Below are positions 34,353 to 39,118 of a DNA stretch of 39,118 nt, one piece after another. The notes under the pieces were generated by a model, which was given only the letters and a program-made list of their open reading frames with translations, ran no database searches and had not been told where the DNA came from. How positions within the stretch are numbered: the first letter of the stretch is position 1; each line of letters opens with the position of its first letter. The stretch lies in IMG/VR virus record IMGVR_UViG_3300034341_000337, positions 1 through 39,118 of that record. The stretch is one strand, 5' to 3'. This DNA comes from a virus (taxonomy: Duplodnaviria; Caudoviricetes). The position numbers and the translations under genes are program-made.

Positions 34353-35204
34353 TCATTTGTTTTTGAGCTGCCGCTTGTAAGCCATGACTTTTGAGAAATC
34401 GCCAGTTTTGGCAGCTTCGTTTCTAAGTTCGTTTAACCGTGCATCAGAACCTGAAGCAGAGGCGCTACCGCTTATCTTCTTCTCTGGTGCTGCTGCTGGT
34501 TTTCGAGATGTGACTTTCAACTGCGTCTCCATGCGCGCGACCGCAAATGCAAATTTTACCGGATCGGTTATTTGAGATAGTTCATCGAGTTTTTTGGGGT
34601 TCTTGCCCAGTGCGTAGACCAGTAGTGCCGGATTTTCCGCCCCACTGACAATCATGCCTTGCTGTGTCGTATTAAAAGCGTCCTGAACAAGCTCTTCGGT
34701 TTCTGCATAGTCTTTGACTTTCAGACTTCCTTTAGCTTCCTCATAAGACTCCAGTCTGCTTTGCCATTCCTGCTGGATCTGCTTCTCAGCGTTTTCCTTC
34801 TGGGACAGCTCGGCATCATGTGACTTTTTACGATCATACCAGGACTCAAGACTTTTTTCGAATTTCTCCGTATCATACTCACAAGATTCCAGGGTCGGTT
34901 TAGGCCCGAGTTGAGGCTTTTTGGCCTCTTCATACTCCGCCAGTTTCTTTTCTAGTTCTCTTGCTCGCTTTTTTTCCTCACGATGCGCTTTGCGCAGGTC
35001 GCGGACCCATTCTGGAGCTTCTTCTTTCGATTCTGAGGGCGGTGACTCCTCATCACCAATCGTGACGATCATTTCGTCGCTTTCAGCTTCAGTTTCGGCC
35101 TCAGTCTCTACGACTTCTTCCTGCACCTCTGCTTCTTCGACAATCTCTTCGTCAATCTCGGTGTTTTCTACCAGTTCTTCTACGTCCTGTTCTTCCAGAC
35201 TCAT
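34353..35204 (-). CDS. Scaffolding protein
   Basis: Acidic N-terminus, AP.WVRDLRK, NPALLVYALGKNP, GDFSKV.AYK; between portal and coat. Confidence 0.85.
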   Translation of the reverse strand: MSLEEQDVEELVENTEIDEEIVEEAEVQEEVVETEAETEAESDEMIVTIGDEESPPSESKEEAPEWVRDLRKAHREEKKRARELEKKLAEYEEAKKPQLGPKPTLESCEYDTEKFEKSLESWYDRKKSHDAELSQKENAEKQIQQEWQSRLESYEEAKGSLKVKDYAETEELVQDAFNTTQQGMIVSGAENPALLVYALGKNPKKLDELSQITDPVKFAFAVARMETQLKVTSRKPAAAPEKKISGSASASGSDARLNELRNEAAKTGDFSKVMAYKRQLKNK

Positions 35205-35228
35205 TTTACTACCTCAATCTCAATGGGA

Positions 35229-37262
35229 TTAGCGGCCCACTGGTTCCCGCATCTCTTTCAAAGCCTTCAGGGCGTCATTACGGTCCTGGCTTTCAATATT
35301 CGCCAGCGTTGCGGTGGTCTTAGCCTCCGTTTCCGCTGTTTTAGCAACAACATGGGCTGTTTCAGCCTCTGTCTTGACCGCTTTGGCCTGACTTTCCGCC
35401 GCTGCCGCCTGTAAATACATCGCATTCGGGTCAGGCTGCTGATTCTGGGCCTCTGCCTGTAGCATTTCAGCCTCTTTCTGCGTCGGCTCCACCACACCCA
35501 TGCGTACCAGCTTCATACGGAAATACTTCCTCGTATCCGCCAGCCCTTCACCTTCCATATTCATCAACGCCATGCTGGTCAGAATACTCTGCGTCTCAGG
35601 ATCAGTCGCCAGTTGCAACATTCCCGTAACACTACGCACAATACCCGCCCTCTTACTCGCAGAAGACGGCCCGACATCCACAGCCACGTCAAACTTGGCA
35701 TTTGACATATCATTCTCATACGCCACAGCCCCCACATCATCCAGAACGGGACGTGCCAGCTCAACCTGACCAATCTCGCCATCCATGCTCATAGTCTTCA
35801 TCTTGCGGCCATCCTCAACCAGAACATCTCTGGCCATAGACAACCACACCTCACCCGACCGCTTGATAGCCTTCGCCATGTTGCTCATGTAGATAAAGTT
35901 CAAATGATCCAGCCGCGTCTGTATCATCTCAATCGCCTTGCCCGACATATGCGTTTGCAGCTCGTCCGCCGCATCCTGCTTGCCCAGCAAATCAATCATG
36001 TCCTGCTCAGTCACCTGCAACAGTGCCGCCATAGCAGGCGGTATATCAGGCGCCCTCACATAATCCGCCGGACCCTGCAACGTCTCCGCACCATCCGCAT
36101 TCATAATCGGATTGATCAGCAAATAGGGATTATTCTTAACATTATCTTCAGCCCACGCCACCTCGTGGCCAGCCACCTGCTCAGGACTAAATATCGGCTT
36201 CTGTACCGCACTATACGCACTAATCTCGGCCAGACGACTAAGCTGCATATTCTTCAGCCGCTGTGCATCCTTCACCATCCGGACATGGCCCATCATGCGC
36301 TCACGATTATCAATATACCAACGCTTGCCATAAACAGGAATAATCGGGATCTGATTCCCCGCAATGTAACCAAGATCCTCCAGAACCTCGCTACCATTCA
36401 TAATATATTTACGAACCTTGCGCCGCTTCACACGTTTCTGGCGAACCTCTGTCGCGCCCGTAGCAGCCAGCATACGCTCTAAATTCTCATCTTCCTCAAA
36501 GTCACGTTCCGTATAACGCTCCTCAGATCCATCCAGCGTCTGGAAAATCCTGACAGTCTCGGACTTCTCCTCCACTCGATAATATTCCGCCACATACACA
36601 ACATCCGGCGTCTGCCAGTCAAACTCCGTCATCTCGATAGATGTCGGCATGCTCGCAGGGTCTACTCCGTATTCTTCCTCGTAAGCCTCATACGACATCG
36701 CCGTAAGAACATAACAAAATCTAGCATCCGACTTGTCTTGCCGCTTTGCATTGAGGTCGAAAAAAACAAATTTGTCAGCGTCGTAAATTGGCTCAATTCG
36801 AATACGCTGCCGCTCATCTTCATCATCCTCTTCGTCCTCATACTCTGCTCTGAGTCGCCACGCTCCAAATCCACCCCCTACAGCCTCCTCAAACGCATTG
36901 TCATAAGCCTCATCCGCACAACTATCCTGCTCATCCGCACGGTACAAACCATCACAAGTGTCCGCCAGACCCTCGTCACTCGCACCATCCTTAGGCAAAA
37001 AATCAACCGTAATACGATTATTACGATACTCATTAATAATCCGCATCACACCCAGATGAACCTTATTCACCTCCAGACGCGGCCTATTCTCAAATTGTGA
37101 CTTAAAATCACCCTCCCATTGCGAACCCGCAATAGAATAAAAACGACGATCAGCTAGACACTGTATCCGCTCGTCCTTCACAGAAACCTGTATATTATTA
37201 AAACTCTTCAACGCCTCACGGTGAACCTGAACCAGACGCTCTGCTTTACTCACTCTAGCCAT
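35229..37262 (-). CDS. Portal protein, P22 gp1 family
   Basis: G.QW, RP.LEVNK, A..GGFGAWR, D...K..DKSDA, IPIIPVYG, KDAQRL.N motifs. Confidence 0.93.
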   Translation of the reverse strand: MARVSKAERLVQVHREALKSFNNIQVSVKDERIQCLADRRFYSIAGSQWEGDFKSQFENRPRLEVNKVHLGVMRIINEYRNNRITVDFLPKDGASDEGLADTCDGLYRADEQDSCADEAYDNAFEEAVGGGFGAWRLRAEYEDEEDDEDERQRIRIEPIYDADKFVFFDLNAKRQDKSDARFCYVLTAMSYEAYEEEYGVDPASMPTSIEMTEFDWQTPDVVYVAEYYRVEEKSETVRIFQTLDGSEERYTERDFEEDENLERMLAATGATEVRQKRVKRRKVRKYIMNGSEVLEDLGYIAGNQIPIIPVYGKRWYIDNRERMMGHVRMVKDAQRLKNMQLSRLAEISAYSAVQKPIFSPEQVAGHEVAWAEDNVKNNPYLLINPIMNADGAETLQGPADYVRAPDIPPAMAALLQVTEQDMIDLLGKQDAADELQTHMSGKAIEMIQTRLDHLNFIYMSNMAKAIKRSGEVWLSMARDVLVEDGRKMKTMSMDGEIGQVELARPVLDDVGAVAYENDMSNAKFDVAVDVGPSSASKRAGIVRSVTGMLQLATDPETQSILTSMALMNMEGEGLADTRKYFRMKLVRMGVVEPTQKEAEMLQAEAQNQQPDPNAMYLQAAAAESQAKAVKTEAETAHVVAKTAETEAKTTATLANIESQDRNDALKALKEMREPVGR

Positions 37263-37265
37263 CTA

Positions 37266-38495
37266 TCACCTCGCCATTGGCATCCTAACAGGTATTATCT
37301 TCGCAAAACCACGCTTAGGCCGGTCCTTCGCACGTCTCGCACCCTCACAAGCATACCTTAACGCATCAATAACATGGTTTTCCTTATCTACAAGCAAAGG
37401 CAAAACATTACCCGTCAAAGGATCCTCCTTGTAACTATACAAGGTCAGCTCATCTATCGTCTTCTTGCACCGGGGATGAACCACAATGTCAAACGACTTC
37501 AACCACTCAATACCATCCTCAACCGACTTCGGACCCTTCACCGCAGCCCGTATCTTGGGAAAGCCATGCTTGCGCATATAACTAATCGTCTCAGGCCGCG
37601 CATTGTCAGCCGTCAAAGGCCACTTCTCAGCCTCCGGCACCGACATAAACAATTCCGGCGTGTCAACAATCTCACAGCCAACCCGATACGCCTCATAATC
37701 AATATACAGCTTACGCCCAACAATATGACACCGAACCAGAACAGTCGGATCAGTCGCAAAACCCCAGTCAGCACCAAACCTATGCACAGCATCAGCCGGT
37801 GCTTCAAACTCCTCTATCGACCAGTTCTTAAACACCCGCGTCTCAGAGTTCTTAACATAATCACCTAACCAGATATGAGCGTACTTGTCAGGATCACGCT
37901 TCTTGTCATACTCCATCTCCTCCTGCAAAACATCAGGAAACCAGGGATTATTAACAAAATTAACCTCCTCGACAATCGCATCAGGAGGCGGATTATCACC
38001 ACGCAACAAAATCTCTATCGGATCTGTCGGCATGCTAGGGTTCCACGTAAACAACAATTCAGAACCAGGCTTACGTATCGTCGGACGTAACAAATCCAGA
38101 CTACGCTGAGAACAACTCTGAGCCTCCTCAAACCAGGCAATGTCAAAACCCTCAAGAGACTTGATCGACTCAGCCGTATGAGACGCCAAACCCTCAAAAA
38201 TAATTAAACTACCATTCTGATTATGCTTGATACGATCATGCTGGACCGTAAACAAAGTCCCAACACCCATATTCTCAATCTTATCCTCAATCAGCTTCTT
38301 CACCGACTGCTTCAAAGACCTCTGAACCTCACGCAAACAAACAACATCCGTGCGGCCCATAACACACCGCTCAACTATATACTCCGCAAACGCATGGGAC
38401 TTGCCAGAACCACGGCCACCATAAGCACCCTTGTATCTCGCATTCTCAAGAAGAGGAATAAACCAACGAGGCGTATTAATATTCAACTCAGCCAT
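37266..38495 (-). CDS. terL: Terminase large subunit (PBSX/Terminase_3 type)
   Basis: YGGRGSGKS, WFEEAQ, TWNP, GADWG, NHVIDALRYA. Confidence 0.95.
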   Translation of the reverse strand: MAELNINTPRWFIPLLENARYKGAYGGRGSGKSHAFAEYIVERCVMGRTDVVCLREVQRSLKQSVKKLIEDKIENMGVGTLFTVQHDRIKHNQNGSLIIFEGLASHTAESIKSLEGFDIAWFEEAQSCSQRSLDLLRPTIRKPGSELLFTWNPSMPTDPIEILLRGDNPPPDAIVEEVNFVNNPWFPDVLQEEMEYDKKRDPDKYAHIWLGDYVKNSETRVFKNWSIEEFEAPADAVHRFGADWGFATDPTVLVRCHIVGRKLYIDYEAYRVGCEIVDTPELFMSVPEAEKWPLTADNARPETISYMRKHGFPKIRAAVKGPKSVEDGIEWLKSFDIVVHPRCKKTIDELTLYSYKEDPLTGNVLPLLVDKENHVIDALRYACEGARRAKDRPKRGFAKIIPVRMPMAR

Positions 38496-38557
38496 TGCTT
38501 AGTGCCGGTCTAACAACAAAGATAACCAAACCACGCATATAGTGCCCAGTATCAAAC

Positions 38558-38914
38558 TCAATCAATAACCTTACGATTAATCTTCGTAACCTCAATGTGA
38601 TGCTCGTTTACAGACTTGTCCGAATAATTATCACGGAAACGATTTTTCATCTGAAAAATAAATGCCGTCGCATTAAAACCAGGTATCTTACCCGTCGCAC
38701 CATTCATCCCAATGTCTTCCCAGTAAGCCTGCGCCGCAGACTGAGCTTCCTTCAACGCCTTCGCAAACTCAGGCTTCTTCTCCTGATAACGCTTCAAACT
38801 CGTATAACCAATGCCAAGGTCACGCGCAATCTGAGACATGGACTTGCCCTCACGGCCAAGCTCAACAACCCGCTCGCAAAACTCAGGATCCCACTTAGAA
38901 GTACTTGATGCCAT
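38558..38914 (-). CDS. terS: Terminase small subunit
   Basis: N-terminal HTH (GKSMSQIARDLGI), PEF..A, IFQMKNRF; directly upstream of terL; start ATG 38914 (alternative GTG 38923). Confidence 0.8.
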   Translation of the reverse strand: MASSTSKWDPEFCERVVELGREGKSMSQIARDLGIGYTSLKRYQEKKPEFAKALKEAQSAAQAYWEDIGMNGATGKIPGFNATAFIFQMKNRFRDNYSDKSVNEHHIEVTKINRKVID

Positions 38915-38920
38915 AAATCT

Positions 38921-38964
38921 CACCTAACTTACACCTCGCATCATGTCAATTAAGCAGAACTTAA
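38921..38964 (-). promoter_or_regulatory. Late promoter candidate with adjacent full CtrA box
   Basis: TTAA-GCAGAAC-TTAA at 38950-38964 abuts TTGACA (38949-38944, - strand); weak -10 TAGGTG at 17-nt spacing. Confidence 0.6.
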
Positions 38965-39118
38965 AACCTCAAAATTGAAAAAAATTCTGGGGGGGAATGC
39001 AAAAATAATTGTCCGCCGCCGCCGGGAGGGGGTCATACCCCTCGACCGTACGGAACGTACCGTACTCTCAGCGGTTGACGTTACGTCACCCAGAACGGAC
39101 CGTACACGTCGCCGAATC
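38965..39118. other. Structured non-coding end region (candidate packaging/terminus signals)
   Basis: A and G homopolymer runs, hairpin 39026-39043, CGTAC x4, palindrome TGACGTTACGTCA 39076-39088. Confidence 0.35.

Larger units (their letters stand above)
1..39118. mobile_element. Bacteriophage genome (P22-like head and short-tail module, primase/SF2-helicase replication module), near complete
   Basis: Complete ordered set terS-terL-portal-scaffold-coat-tail-ejection-lysis on the - strand and replication/early genes on the + strand; no host housekeeping context. Confidence 0.96.

Noticed and set aside
35500-38908. Long + strand ORFs opposite portal and terminase (e.g. 35904-36482, 37374-37868)
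   Set aside because: Shadow frames produced by the strong codon skew; odd I/L/H/N composition and no RBS.
38988-38997. 10-nt complement (TGGGGGGGAA) of the sRNA terminator loop
   Set aside because: Low-complexity match, and it would need a + strand transcript for which there is no evidence.
1-39118. Direct terminal repeats, integrase/att sites, tRNAs, introns/inteins or stop-codon reassignment
   Set aside because: The ends do not overlap, no recombinase or cloverleaf was recognised, and core genes are uninterrupted and of normal length under the standard code. The missing end sequence could still hold further genes.

Overview
Near-complete (~39 kb) genome of a tailed dsDNA phage with a P22-like podovirus virion module. 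The host is probably a marine/aquatic alphaproteobacterium, inferred from a GcrA-like gene, a DnaA domain-IV gene and a perfect CtrA box. The left arm (1-11.7 kb, mostly + strand) holds a repeat-rich putative origin, a three-gene early operon ending in an HTH gene, a divergent primase-polymerase/helicase gene, a recombination/replication operon (AAA ATPase, DUF669-like SSB, Cas4-like nuclease, SF2 helicase, VRR-NUC), an XRE repressor with shared operators, and many small accessory genes. The right arm (11.7-38.9 kb, - strand) is one long late unit: terminases, portal, scaffold, P22-type coat, three tiny basic proteins, gp4/gp10-like tail proteins, tailspike and adhesin-like proteins, ejection proteins and a lysis cassette. 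No integrase, standalone DNA polymerase, tRNA, CRISPR array or terminal repeat was seen. Most notable: (1) a candidate ~90-nt anti-Shine-Dalgarno sRNA at ~11612-11701 complementary to the leaders of the phage's own early genes, together with an early/late split in SD type; (2) a circularly permuted PKD-LRR gene inserted into a tail protein so that two adjacent genes have swapped C-termini; (3) links to all three core alphaproteobacterial cell-cycle regulators (GcrA, DnaA, CtrA). All family assignments come from motif recognition by eye; no database searches were run.
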